NCBI GenBank assembly: GCA_965203295.1
Contig: CBDBCZ010000017.1
Span: 2,336,001-2,400,000, forward strand
Direction of reading: 5' to 3'
DNA: 64,000 nt
DNA from: Nitrospirales bacterium
Lineage (GTDB): Bacteria; Nitrospirota; Nitrospiria; Nitrospirales; UBA8639
The notes beneath the pieces were generated by a model. The model worked only from the letters and a program-made list of their open reading frames with translations. It did not search any database and was not told where the DNA came from. The translations under genes and the position numbers were made by a program. Below are positions 36,890 through 49,947 of this stretch, piece after piece; within the stretch, counting starts at the first letter, position 1; every line of letters begins with the position of its first letter.

Positions 36890-38737
36890 ATGTCAACTGT
36901 AGCTGCTAAACCAACAACCGGTTCTTTTCAGAACCAGACTTCAACAGAAGCCACTGAGCTGACAACCAGTTCTTCTCAGAACTATGTTTCCACTACTCCT
37001 CAGTCCAAGGCTTCCAGGAAGAGGGGAATAGCAGCCCTGCTGGCAGATGTTACAAACCAGACTGTGCCAGCAAAGCGTGCCTGCATCACCCAGACCAGAG
37101 AGAAGATCTCACAGCAAATACCACAGGCAAAAGCTCCAAGGGGACTTTCAAGTGTGGCATTGCATTCAAACAAGTCCGGAGAGCCAGAGAATGAGCCTGT
37201 GATTAGGAAGTCCCCACGACAGCACCAACTCAACGAGCCAGAGGTTGAAGCTGTAACCCTTGGACGCTTGGTGAAACACGAACATACAGCTGTTGAAATG
37301 GCTAGCCTGTGCATGGCGGCTGACGTGGCAGAGCAACTCTCTCCTTTGCTGCTCGGTACCTTCCAGGTTTCAGAGTAAGTGTACGTAGAATCATAGATAT
37401 GTATGGTAGAATGAACGTTCGTTTGCATGCGTGCAATCATGGGTGCAATCAGTTTGGCTTGTGAGCCAGAATGTGCTCTCTGGATCACGAGACTAGGATG
37501 AAGCATAGATATCTATGCATGTCATGTAGCTAGTATGACCTACAGTAACTTTTATCCTGTTCTTTTACAGAGTAATTGCATCACCTGTGTACTCCAGAGC
37601 TACTGATGGCAACAGAAGCTGGCGGTACAGGGTCATTGATGTTAACATCTCCATCAGTGGCTCTGTACTATTGCTGGAAGGTGTCCGAACAGCACTGGAG
37701 AGCATCCACTCTGTCTTACCTAGGCTGTGGTTTGCTGAGATAAGTCCTTCTGTACCCACTTCTCCTTCCTGCGTCTCTACATCTTCTCCTCCTGCATGTA
37801 CTTCCCCTGACGAACTGTTTTGTGTCTCCCTTCTTACCGTACCTTCCTGCATCCCCACACCTCCCTCTTGCATCCCCACACCTTCCTCTTACATCCCCAC
37901 ACCTCCCTCTTGGATCCCCACCCCTCCCTCTTGCATCCCCACACCTCCCTCTTGCATCCCCACACCTCCCTCTTGGATCCCCACCCCTCCCTCTTGCATC
38001 CCCACACCTCCCTCTTACATCCCCACACCTCCCTCTTGGATCCCCACCCCTCCCTCTTGCATCCCCACACCTCCCTCTTGCATCCCCACACCTCCCTCTT
38101 ACATCCCCACACCTCCCTCTTGGATCCCCACACCTCCCTCTTGCATCCCCACACCTCCCTCTTGGATCCCCACACCTCCCTCTTGGATCCCCACACCTCC
38201 CTCTTGCATCCCCACACCTCCCTCTTGCATCCCCACATCTCTCTCTTGCGTCTCCACATCTCCCTCTTACATCCCCACATCTCTCTCTTGCGTCTCCACA
38301 TCTCCTCCTCCTACTCGTACTTCCCCTGACCCTCTCGACGAACTGTTTTGTGTGTCCCTTCCTTCATCGCCTCCACATCTTCTTGCATCTCCACACCTCC
38401 TCCTCCTAAACGTACTCGTACTTCCCCTGACCCTCTCGACGAACTGTTTTGTGTGTCCCTTCCTTCTGTACCTTCCTGCATCCCCACATCTCCCTCTTGC
38501 GTCTCCACATCTCCTCCTCCTACTCGTACTTCCACTGACCCTCTCGACGAACTGTTTTGTGTGTCCCTTCCTACTGTACCTTCTTCTCCTTCCTGCGACT
38601 CCACATCTGCTTCTCTTCCTGCATGTGACTGCTTTGCCTTTGACTCAGCCTCTGTTCTTACAAATTCTGCTATACCAGATAGCTCTATTTTTCTTGACTC
38701 TCCTATCTCTACTCCTCCTCCTTCTCCAATAATTTAA
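36890..38737 (+). CDS. Transposon second gene (spliced 36890-37374 + 37571-): basic/low-complexity N-terminus, C-terminal half of a HIRAN domain, Pro-rich heptad repeats; frameshift near 38365
   Basis: GTAAGT donor at 37375 and TTTTACAG acceptor at 37570 join in frame; AADVAEQLSPLL..VIDVNISISG resembles the HIRAN C-half. Confidence 0.6.
37846..38300 (+). repeat. 21-bp coding minisatellite (~20 units) followed by ~100-bp repeats
   Basis: CCCCACACCTCCCTCTTGCAT variants; GACGAACTGTTTTGTGT recurs near 37808, 38337, 38438, 38546. Confidence 0.95.
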
Positions 38738-38870
38738 AACTGTCCCCACCCCCACATCATCACACCTTTCTGAACCGGTTATTCTTAAAACCACCCCATT
38801 ACAAATGATTTCACCTGTTTGCAGTTTAGCACCATACGTTCCAATATTCAGATCTTACGAGTAGTCATAC

Positions 38871-39210
38871 ATAAATTGCTAGAAAGGAATTAAATAATGT
38901 CCATAGAAGTGAAAAGGTTTTAAGGAGTAAAGGAAGTGAACAATATAAAGCAAATATAATTGGCATGGAGGGGTGATACATACCATAATCCTTATGAGTT
39001 CACTAGAAAACTTATCAGAAATGATATTTAAATTTCAGTTTCTATAAATTGCTAGAAAGTAATGCCCATGCAATTGAAAACGCTTAAGGAGTACAGGAAA
39101 TGTACAATATAAATAAAGTTAGCAAATAAAACATGCTTGGGGTAAAACATACCATAATCCTTAGTTCACTAGAAAATCAGAAATATCTCTATAAATTACT
39201 GGAAAGGAAT
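38871..39210 (+). repeat. ~170-bp AT-rich duplication between the two convergent genes
   Basis: ATAAATTGCTAGAAAG..ATACCATAATCCTTA..GTTCACTAGAAAA twice plus a partial third copy. Confidence 0.7.
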
Positions 39211-39244
39211 TGAATTAAGGCTATTAAAAGGTAAATGTAAATTT

Positions 39245-40981
39245 CTACTTATCAGTATCAAACACACGCCTATGGGATTTGTATGATTTCACCTTTTCAT
39301 CAACGTTCCAGCATGTAGAGCCTTCCCTATATGCTCTCAAATAATCCCTGGCTTTCCTCATAAATTTCATGATTAGTTCTTGGCTGCAACTGTACATGTC
39401 CAGACTTTCTGGAACAATTTTCCTCAAGCGCACTATGGAACCATTTGCATGGGCTCTAGTGTGCTTTTTAGCATGACACCAGCATCGTTCTATAGGGTTC
39501 AGTTCACAGTGAAACTTTGGGTAGTACATGCACAGATGCCCTCTTGCCTCTATCATTTCCTCAAGTATAGTTTTTTTGTTAGAGAAGTCTTCATACTGGT
39601 TCAGGATTTCTCTCATCTTGAGCGCAACCATCCCATCTGTATTTATCCCTCTCTCCTGCAGGACGATTTTCATCCCTTTTGCACGACCATCTGCCAATAC
39701 CATCGTCTGGGGTTTCCCATCAAAAACAGTGTCTCTAAATATCGGCTGCTTTCCCCCAGGACCAACATTCATGCGCTCTGCGTTGAGGGCATCGTCACTG
39801 ACTTTACAGTGGGATGGAGCGTTGTCGAAAAGAAACAATGCCTGAGAATCGGGGAATTTCTTCTCAAAAATATTGATGGCACCATCTACTTGCTCCAGGA
39901 GTTTGTCATTGTTGAAGTAGCCATCACTCTGTGTCTCAAGAAGTAGCCTGGCCTGATCCCCATCGTGCTTCAAATAGTCATTTGTTGACTCTTCTATGAA
40001 GTCAGAGACCATGATAGCCTGGCCCAGTGACTTCTGCTTTAACGCTTGGATCGTGTCGTCTCCCCAGTAGGAGGACTGGTCTGCGTTTGCGTAGAACGTC
40101 GACTCGTCATGATGAACGATGACTATGGGCTTTTCATTCTCGAGCAGTTGAGGAGGGTGATTGCCATACTCACACCTGCGATCAAGGTCGTCCAACTTCT
40201 GAACGAATTTGTGGCGATACTGGACAATGTCGTCTCTCTCATGCCCATCAAAATACATACCTTTATGGTGGTGTGTCTGTGAGAACCCAAGGTTATGCAA
40301 CCACAGCCGTGCGGTCTCTGCACACACATCAACATGGTATATTTCTTGGATCCAACCCAGAAACATGTTGGCCGTTAAGTTGGGCTCACCTCGTCTGTGG
40401 GCACGTGATCTGACGTACTCCCTCGCCTTGAGACGAAATTCTTCGTCATTGATCAAGCTTCTTTGCCAAGATGCTTTGGTTCTCCCACTTTCAAACGAGA
40501 GAAGATCAGTGATGGCTTCATCAGTCACAGCATCCGGCGAAATTCCAACCATTGACTCGATGAATGCATTTGCCCACTTTCTCACGGACCTCGTGGATGC
40601 CCCTGTCACATCTGCTGCCATTTGAAGAGCCTGGAGGATACCGTATCCCCATGTTGTTGCAGCCTTGATAAACACTTGAATCCCAATTGCCCTTTGTATT
40701 GCATTTTCTGTATTTCTCTCTATGTATCCCTCAAAATGTCCCAGCAGTAAACTTCGACCACGACGCACTATTCTTACATCTACACAGTTACTGTCATAGG
40801 GATTGTCAGGCCTCCTTACAAACTCCACGCAATCTCCAACCCTGGATCCACACACTGATAAGCTATAAAACGCAACGCCACGGACCTGGGCAACAAAGCG
40901 AGCCAGCACCGCTCCAGTCATCGTCGCCATCTTCTGGCCGGCCAAGGATATTGCATTCTTGTGGTTGCTGACGCATTTCAT
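39245..40981 (-). CDS. DDE transposase (ITm type, long D-E spacing) fused to the N-terminal half of a HIRAN domain
   Basis: HHDESTF, FLFDNAPSH, PKFHCELNPIERCW; N-terminal VRGVAFY..RRPDNPYDSNCVDV..LLGH; likely start at 40930. Confidence 0.92.
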   Translation of the reverse strand: MKCVSNHKNAISLAGQKMATMTGAVLARFVAQVRGVAFYSLSVCGSRVGDCVEFVRRPDNPYDSNCVDVRIVRRGRSLLLGHFEGYIERNTENAIQRAIGIQVFIKAATTWGYGILQALQMAADVTGASTRSVRKWANAFIESMVGISPDAVTDEAITDLLSFESGRTKASWQRSLINDEEFRLKAREYVRSRAHRRGEPNLTANMFLGWIQEIYHVDVCAETARLWLHNLGFSQTHHHKGMYFDGHERDDIVQYRHKFVQKLDDLDRRCEYGNHPPQLLENEKPIVIVHHDESTFYANADQSSYWGDDTIQALKQKSLGQAIMVSDFIEESTNDYLKHDGDQARLLLETQSDGYFNNDKLLEQVDGAINIFEKKFPDSQALFLFDNAPSHCKVSDDALNAERMNVGPGGKQPIFRDTVFDGKPQTMVLADGRAKGMKIVLQERGINTDGMVALKMREILNQYEDFSNKKTILEEMIEARGHLCMYYPKFHCELNPIERCWCHAKKHTRAHANGSIVRLRKIVPESLDMYSCSQELIMKFMRKARDYLRAYREGSTCWNVDEKVKSYKSHRRVFDTDK

Positions 40982-43900
40982 ACGATTCCCGTTTGCGTAA
41001 TCGTCATATTACATCATCAAAACGCTGAAAAGTCTTGTCAAGAGACAAAAATGAACGTAGCAACAAGACCGTTCACCCTATAAAGGTGAATTTTGGATAT
41101 TTTATAGAACTACACCTTTTTAGCAAGTAAGAGTAATATGAGCTCTTAACTATCAGTAATTTATGTTTTAATCGCTAAAAACTTCTGGCCTATCAAACTG
41201 TTCATTTTGTATTACCATCACCATGTACTTTTGAGTTAGGCTTCCAAAACTGCAACATTGATGTATCCTTATGAGAAGAATGTTACACAATGGTTTGGGT
41301 TCTTAAATAGTATATGTTCTTAAGCTTTTGTCTAAAAACTAAATTCTGAACCAGTTCAGTATGAGAAGCCATACAGGCACAAGTATGCTGGTTAATGAGG
41401 TGCAATTTTCACTGAAGTTGCATAAGTAATAGCTGTCTACATTTCCCAGGTCAAAATTGACATCTGCTTTCAAATTTTCTCATCACACAAAGAAAAGTAC
41501 AGTAGTCTAAAGTTGACATTTTTACTTTGGAGCACTGTATATGTTTCGATACAATTGTGTATTTGTTAGTTACGTTGTTGCGTGCATGTCTATTATGTAC
41601 GTGCGTGCTGCATAATGCAAGATTGTGTTTTAATTTTTGCGAGCTCCCTTAAAAACTCGTATTCGCAATTATTAGATTATCCCAATTAAAATGGTATAGA
41701 GCACACCAACAACTGCCGTTTTTGTCCATCATGCTTTCACTATTCAGATACACACTGAAGTGATGACTGTTCTGAATCATTCAGCTGCCAGCAAAGATCT
41801 GGATTATGGAGGTACATGTATAGTAAATCAAATCTCTGAACTGCAGGGTGATTATCATGTAATGTTCCCTTCAAGATTCTACCAACATGCGTACCCAGAC
41901 TATATTCACTGCCATGGACCACTTCACTGCTTGGGCCAATGGAAAAAAACACAGCTGCTACTGTGAGAAAGGCCAAAGGACAGACACAGAAAGGTAAACA
42001 CATGCTCTGTGTATGACATTTACTTTAAATGTATGTACATTAACTGTTTTCTAAACTTTGTAACGATTCTATTGCATATACGCAGATGTTGTAGTACAAT
42101 TTTTGTGCGGTTGATCTGATTAATTTTGAGGAGTTTTGGTTGGCAAGAAGAGTATTAAAATGTCTGTAGATGCTAGTGCCTAGTCTGCTTGATGTTGTAC
42201 AGTGCATGTTATTTCTCCTAGCCTTCTGGGCAAAAAATATTGCAACTTGTAGTAGGTTAGCCACAGTAATAATGGAAATTGGCACTCCACGAAAATAACA
42301 CCCTCTACTGTATCCCTTCACTGCAGACAATTTTGAAGAAGTGGAAGAGGTTATAAATTTTTTGGACAGCATTCCCAAGGTGAGTGCTAGTGGATGTGTT
42401 CATTATTAAGAAATAATACAGAGGGGTCTGCAAGTGAGCATATCTATCACACAGCAAAATTTGACAATAACTCAAGCTCGTTTGTCTTTGTTTTGGAGTG
42501 TATAAAAGTGGTTAATTGCCTTAGACTTAACAGTTCAGCTGTATACGTGCTTCTTATCTGAACATACATGACCAGGGTCACTGGGTAGCTGCTAGAAAGT
42601 GATTGGTGGTTCGATTCTTCCATCCCTTTCCCCCTGGGTGGCATAGAAGGCAAGATCCGTGATTGACAATCAAGCACATCGTGCACACGGAGCAGCTTAC
42701 AGCCACTACTCGGAGAAACAAGAGAACTTCAAGATAAACTAGTACGTACATAGATGATTACAGAGTCACAAAAACTATCAGTTACTTTCCAGATCCTTCC
42801 GCTTACTATACTCATATACTGCCTATATACTACTCCCTGCATGTGACTCGGCTTGTTCATGGATACATTTACTGACATTTTCCTGTAAAACTTTGCACAT
42901 GTGCGAGCAGTGGATACTAAGCACCACTTTCGATGTTTGAGTACCTGGGAACGAGGCTAGGTTGTGATGTATATAGAGCTCACCTACTCTTCCGCTGCAA
43001 AATAGTAGTGCGCTATCCTACTGGGCTGTAGTTAATTCACCTTCGAGTTGGGACTGAAGTGGTAGGTATCCCGTGGAATCTGAGTAGCAAGATTGAACTA
43101 TTAATTCACACTGCCAACTGTATCTCCTGCTACACACATGCACACAGTTAGCCTAGTTACACTCACTGTTGAATGTATATCTGCATGTTTACCCTGATAG
43201 GCTGCGGCCATAAAATTTAACTTCCCAGAAATTCACATATCCAGCTAGCTAAAGGTTTTCCTCTGAAATTGTTTACACGTGAATTGTGACATCATCAATT
43301 ACGAGTGATGCAAGCACTCTGTAAAGGTAGTTATAACTCACTAGCAAGGTCCCATACATTGCAAGGAGTTACTTGTTTGCAGAAATAAGGGATACAGTAG
43401 AAGAAAAGCTCTCTCTCTCTCATAAGAGAATACACAACTGAAGTGAAAATGTAAATTTCCTTCTCATTGGCTCTGTCAGCATTTCGGTGCCAGGTCTACA
43501 CTAGGTCTCTGATGTATCTGGAGTCCTTCCTGTCAACAAATCTGGATGCTCTTCAAAAGAGCCTTGGCTTCCTACAATTCAATTTTATTCGTAGGAGTGT
43601 ATAAAACTAACCGTCATTATATAGTACGTTGCACAAATTTAAATCTTTGTGAGAGGCTCACAAATATTTTGTCAGACCGCTTTTGTAGTGACTGTTCACG
43701 ATGCATGCTCATTGCAAAGGTGACGCTCATCACACAGGATAGGTACATGTATGTGAAGCTTTATGATTGATAGTTAAAGTAAACGTGAACTTCACAGACT
43801 ATAGATGTCATGTATTTCTCGAAGGAGAGCATACACCCCATATTGTGGGGTATGAGGAATGCCTGGAAATACTGATTACCAAACCAGTATAATTGACTAG

Positions 43901-44544
43901 GCAAGTTTAAGGAGGTGGAGCTTCAGTAAAGGCAACAAATCATTTACAAAGGCACTTTATTGTGCATCTGTACATTTCTAACAGTTGTGGCTGTAACTGC
44001 TGGCGTGTGGTACCATTTACCACACTCTCTTAGCCGGTACAATGTAGCAAGGCTACTGGGCACCCTTAGCCTCGTCCCCAGGCTCTCATATGGCCCACAG
44101 CTAGCTACAGTCGGTGCAGGTAAATTAACTGTGCCTCAATTCATATGGTACGGTTTTTATCATCTGCAGAGCTCAGATATTGTCATATATATTCTTTGCA
44201 ACATAGTCATACGTAATCTAGATGATCTTAAATTCAGGACACCAGATTATATAGTTCTTAGTATTTTGCAAGACATGGAGAGCTACATGTATCCGTTTAG
44301 TATCTCATAGTTTGAGGTTAGCCCCCAGCCAGAAGTGGAAAAATTCACAATTGTATACAGCTTTGTCACTCATAGCTCGATAGCACGAAAACTGCGGTCA
44401 CAAACTATGTAGGGCTAAAGTTTGAAGAGGGACTGGAGAAGAAGCCCTGGAACAAAAACGACAGTCCTTCCACTGCATATGTGCTATGCTCACTTACCTG
44501 CCAGTGAAAGGGTAGTTCACACATGAAGTAGACAATGTCAGCAG

Positions 44545-45000
<456 letters not shown>

Positions 45001-45386
45001 ATCAACAATTTTATGAGGTATCTATACTTGTAGAGTTGCTATGCAGAAAATCATAGCAAAAACGAACCATATCGGCTATTTGGCATGTATAAACTGTCCT
45101 TCTGATTCACATTAGTTGCATGACTTGTAGATCTGGCATTTTCTGTCCGCTTAGTATATGCACTAAAGCTTCCAGCCTGGATAACTTCCCCATTCTTACT
45201 GTTTCTTGTACAGCTATGGCGTGGTTGAAAATTGTTTACTATTTCCACTGCTGCCTAGACAATTTAGTTCAAAATTCCCCGTCCAGCTGCAACCGTTCAA
45301 TAATAATCATCGAATATGGACAGATATTCTGTGTTCTATATATTATTGCATGGTTATGCTTCAATAATTTTAAGATTTTTTGGTCA

Positions 45387-46457
45387 CTCTAGCATTTAAA
45401 CCTAATCATATCTAAAATCCAACAAAGCATTTTTTCACATGCATTGTTCAATTAGTGATAGTATTCTGTGCAATAAAATTTGCTCAGATAAGTGTGCATG
45501 CAACACGCATACACTCTCTTGTTCACAAAAGGAATCATGTTAAGTCATCATGAATTTGTATTACTACCACTACAGGCCAGACTGGATGAGGAGATTGAAT
45601 GCTTTTCGTGTTGAAGCAGCTTGGAGACTGGGACAATGGAGTGAACTGGAGCTCTACCTCAAGAGTGCATGCTGAGAGGACAAAGTACTTTATGTGTGCA
45701 TGAGTGGGTCGTGTTTACTAGAGATTTGTTGGGGTGATCTCTGATTAAGACCCACATAGACACTGGCTAACTTAGAGACTTTTGTACTCAAGACTTCTAT
45801 CCATTTTCTATTTGCCCATACTTTGCTGACTTATTTCTCATCTCACCTTAAATAGGTATAGAACATAAATGCATATGGGCATTATCAAGTGTGTAAAACA
45901 AAAGTAACCTGAGTTGCATGTGCACAACTGGTAAAACGTTATACTGCCATGACACAAATAGATCCTGCCATGACACATAATTATAGATCCTCAGTCATAT
46001 GCATACTGACAAGGGTTATAATTACACGTGAGAGGAAACAAATTTCAGCATAATGGGTGACCAAGGGAAAGACAGAATTATCACATACTCTATTCTATGT
46101 ACATCATATAAACATGAGCATAATCTGTTTAGTATACATCTGTCCGCTTGTAATATTTGTATATTTGCATTACCGCCAGGAGTCTTCAAGTAGTAAGAAG
46201 TGGGATGTCTATCTTTGAAGATTGCTACTAGCTGCCAAGCCAAAGGTTTGCTCTTTGTATTATGTTCACACATATTATTCAAATACCTATACTAAAAAAT
46301 GGGTATGGTTACTCTAGCATTTACAACATAATCATATCTAAAATCCGGTCTTGCATTTAGTACGTGACCTGTTCGATAGGAGTGATAGTTCTCTGTGATG
46401 TAGAATTTGCTCAGATACAACATGCATGCACCTCATACTCTCTTTTTCACAAAAGGA
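45387..46457 (+). repeat. Diverged ~145-bp direct repeat (45387-45533, 46311-46457)
   Basis: ACTCTAGCATTTA..ATCATATCTAAAATCC..TTTGCTCAGATA..TTCACAAAAGGA twice. Confidence 0.65.
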
Positions 46458-46915
46458 TTTTGAAGGCTTCTTGAACCGTTTGAGCAAAGTGCGTAGTGGG
46501 CAAATGGGTCCACTATCTACTGCCAGCTTGGAGCAAGGATCTTGTGGCTATCAGCAAAATAGATGGCAGTTAGTATAATAACCACAGCTCTGTGTAAAAC
46601 TCAGCCTGCCAACATCAATGCCTGCCAGCTGGATTGAAGAGTAGTATAGTTAGTCAGACATTGCCGTGAACAGTACTCCAGCCAAGCATTCCTTATTTTT
46701 TCTATTATATCCACACTATTTTCCTATCCCACTTGTACGTCAGGGTTGACCGGATTTCTCGAGCAGACCTCCTTTAGCTTGCATTACTGTCATATGACCT
46801 TGGAGTATCATTTCCTGTTCCCTCCTGTACGTCAGACTGCATATGCTGCAAGAGTTGGAAGAAGGTGTTAGATTACTGCTGAGCCACAAAGACGAAAGTG
46901 ATGCTGCACAGACTA

Positions 46916-47483
46916 CCGTATAGCCGGAAAAATTGGCGAGAATTAAATTTGGCGAAATCGCCAAAAACCGCTAAAATTAAATATTGGCGAAATTTAAATT
47001 TGGCGATTGTGTACGGCGAAGGCTACGACGTAATCCTAGGCGCCCAACGTGTATTGCTGCGCTACTGGTTTACTGAGCTCGAGAATGGAGATGTTTGAGG
47101 TAGAAAGCTGTGTTCGAAGCCATCATTTTTCAAGAGCTGAACTGCGTTCGAGAACCTCAAACAGCGAGGACCCGTATGCTGTGGCTGTGATGCGCATAAG
47201 CGCTATTGTAGATACTATCAGGCTAGAAGCTTCGAGAAGTGTGTAGCGGCCTTTGTCGCTCTGTTGTCGGCGGCACGCTTTCCAATTCGTGCCCTTTCTT
47301 CTGGCGCGTAAGCGCTATACTTGCCTCGAGGTGACTGTGACAGGCCGCTTTGAGTCTCCAGATAGGGAACGCTTCACAGCTTTGTTCGTGAAAATATAAT
47401 TCGGCGAGAATTTAATTTGGCGATTTTTTACGATTCGCCAAACCGCCCAATTAAAGTCCTCGCCAAATTTTCCGGCTATACGG
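46916..47483. mobile_element. Internally deleted pogo-like transposon with HIRAN (+) and transposase N-terminal (-) remnants
   Basis: 25-bp TIR CCGTATAGCCGGAAAA(A/T)TTGGCGAG; TA TSD; + MEMFEVESCVRSHH..NSEDPYAVAVMRISAIVD from 47085; - SPRGKYSAYAPEERARIGKRAADNRATKAATHFSKLL. Confidence 0.88.
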
Positions 47484-47872
47484 TATGCTCAATAGTTGGC
47501 AAGCAAGGATTGAGCTTAGCCAGGTAACAGTTATAATTCCTACATTCTAGTTTTCAAGCATGGATACTTACATGGTATATCCTTATGTAAAGTAGTTGTG
47601 TTCCATAGCTCTCTGCTTTCTCCCTGCTGCCCTCTGTAAAAGCTGGGGTCCTGAAGTGGCACCAGGGGGTGAAGCTAAAGGTGTCTATTATATTCATATT
47701 TCTTTGTGATTTAGGAGTCATTCAGAACTCAGGAACCTATCCTGAGCCTTAGAAGAGTGATTCTTGGACTACAGCTGGGGTAAGCAATGTCATTTACACG
47801 CCCTATTCAGGCGAGCCTGTGCAATCTTCACACAAAAGCAATTCAAATTCTGTTTCTCTGAGTAGTTTCTCA

Positions 47873-49947
47873 CTTTGACCTAGGCATTAGAGTGTCTGGC
47901 TGTTACACATGATGTTGTGGCGAGCTATTGATCCTAGGGGTGGTTTCTTGCTTGTTGTAATTATGTAGGAAAGCTACAGCTCTGCATAACATGTGGCTAT
48001 ATTTTGTTGCATTTCCGTATTGTGTAAGCTTACATGGACGCACAGGTAGCCTCTGTTTTCTGACAAAACGGCGCTAGGCTTGGGCTAGAGGAGCAGCTGC
48101 TATAGCTAACTGTTGTACATGCTTAGCACTGCTTCTGGGAGTATTTCACCACTTGTGGCTGGTATTGTATACATGTGTTGGAAAGCTTATATCTACTTAG
48201 TGCATTCCGCGGAAAGGTTGCTGTTCAGAGTCATGACAAACTCCTTGGTAGTAAGTACTTGTTAAGATTCTTGGACTATCATGTGATGATGTTAGGCAAA
48301 CAATGCTTTTGGTCGGAGTCACAATTATAACTGTTTACCATTTATGTGTCTCAGTGTGTGACAGCGATGGTGAATTTGTTTTGCATGGGGGGGTGGGGGG
48401 GGAGGGGGTGTTTTATGACCTGCAGAACACATGCAAGAAGCAAGAGCAAATGCACAGACCAAGGAGGCAGAGGCTGTGAGGTGTGGGAAATTTTAAATAG
48501 CGGTAAAGTGCTGTCATTATATTTCAGCTAATTTACCCAGGATCCAAGTGCAAAGATAGCTTGCCGGTAAATACGTATGTGGCTACATGTATTTTTTGTG
48601 CTATTTTTATTAGCCATGTACCAATAACAAAACTACTGCACTTTACAACCAGCCTGTATATTGCATGTTGCCCGTAAATAGTTGCCCGCCATTTATTTAT
48701 CATTAGAGCTGGCCACTTTCAGACAGCGCACAGTTTTCTTTTGAGTGCCAGTGCTTATTCCTTGCCTGCATTTTGTATGCAAAAGGCAGAGTGGGTTCAG
48801 AAACAGGTGAGAAACTCAAACACAACATAATGTTCTTGGCAATGTAATGATCGTGCAGGTACGTACGTGTGTGTGTGTGTGCAGACATAGCCTTTAATGT
48901 ATGTATTTACCTGAGAATTACATTTAGCTATGTATATTATAGGTAGTGCCAGTTGGTTCTGTCTACCTTACATGCAAAATTGTACTAGTAAAGATGATTG
49001 GGGTACAAGCAGCCTTAGTGTTGCTAGAACAAGACGGTATTTATTTAATGAACCTGTCTCTGCAGGGTAATTCTCATGATACACTCCTTGGCTTACAGAA
49101 GGCTGTGAGGTAAGTACTGTTGACCACAGTTGTTGAAGCACACTGTATGAATACTCATACACTGAGATGCTTGCACATGCAGCTGTGTGTATGTTTGAAC
49201 GTGTACTAATGTGTGTACATACATACGTATGCCTTTTCATACTAGTTAAAGCATTGCTGTGAGTACACTACAAGAACTATTGCATGGGGGTTTGGGAAGA
49301 GGCTAATAAAGGATGAGGCAAAGCCAAATTTTTATTAGTGGCAAGACCATACCTGAGTGCAATAATTCCTGTAGTGCATGAGCATATGCAATGCTTTAAC
49401 TAATTTAGTGACATTCATGGCGAACGCAGAGTAGCTAATTGGAGGTGTTTATCATTGCTAACTTGCACTGGGACAGTCTGAATAGTTTCTAGTTTAAACT
49501 CGCTTTGACCTAGGCATTAGAGTGTCTGGCTGTTACACATGATGTTGTGGCGAGCTATTGATCCTAGGGGTGGTTTCTTGCTTGTTGTAATTATGTAGGA
49601 AAGCTACAGCTCTTCATAACGTGGCTATATTTTGTTGCATTTCCGTATTGTGTAAGCTTACATGGACGCACAGGTAGCCTCTGTTTTCTGACAAAACGGC
49701 GCTAGGCTTGGGCTAGAGGAGCAGCTGCTATAGCTAACTGTTGTACATGCTTAGCACTGCTTCTGGGAGTATTTCACCACTTGTGGCTGGTATTGTATAC
49801 ATGTGTTGGAAAGCTTATATCTACTTAGTGCATTCCGCGGAAAGGTTGCTGTTCAGAGTGATGACAAACTCCTTGGTAGTAAGTACTTGTTAAGATTCTT
49901 TGACTATCATGTGATTATGTTAGGCAAACAATGCTTTTGGTTGGAGT
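47873..49947 (+). repeat. ~445-bp near-identical direct repeat (47873-48319, 49503-49947)
   Basis: CTTTGACCTAGGCATTAGAG...CAATGCTTTTGGT(C/T)GGAGT twice. Confidence 0.92.

Larger units (their letters stand above)
36575..41537. mobile_element. IS630-Tc1-mariner-type DNA transposon (4963 bp) with two convergent genes, in an ATR intron
   Basis: Perfect 29-bp TIRs CAGTGCTCCAAAGTAAAAATGTCAACTTT (36575-36603, 41509-41537); TA on both sides; transposase ORF inside. Confidence 0.95.

Noticed and set aside
37820..38604. His/Leu- and KREVWG-repeat ORFs
   Set aside because: Alternative frames of the 21-bp minisatellite; only the PTPPS frame connects to a spliced exon.
39380..40971. Plus-strand ORFs over the transposase
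   Set aside because: Antisense shadows with no motifs.
47873..49947. LTR retrotransposon
   Set aside because: No TG..CA termini, TSD or gag/pol coding sequence.
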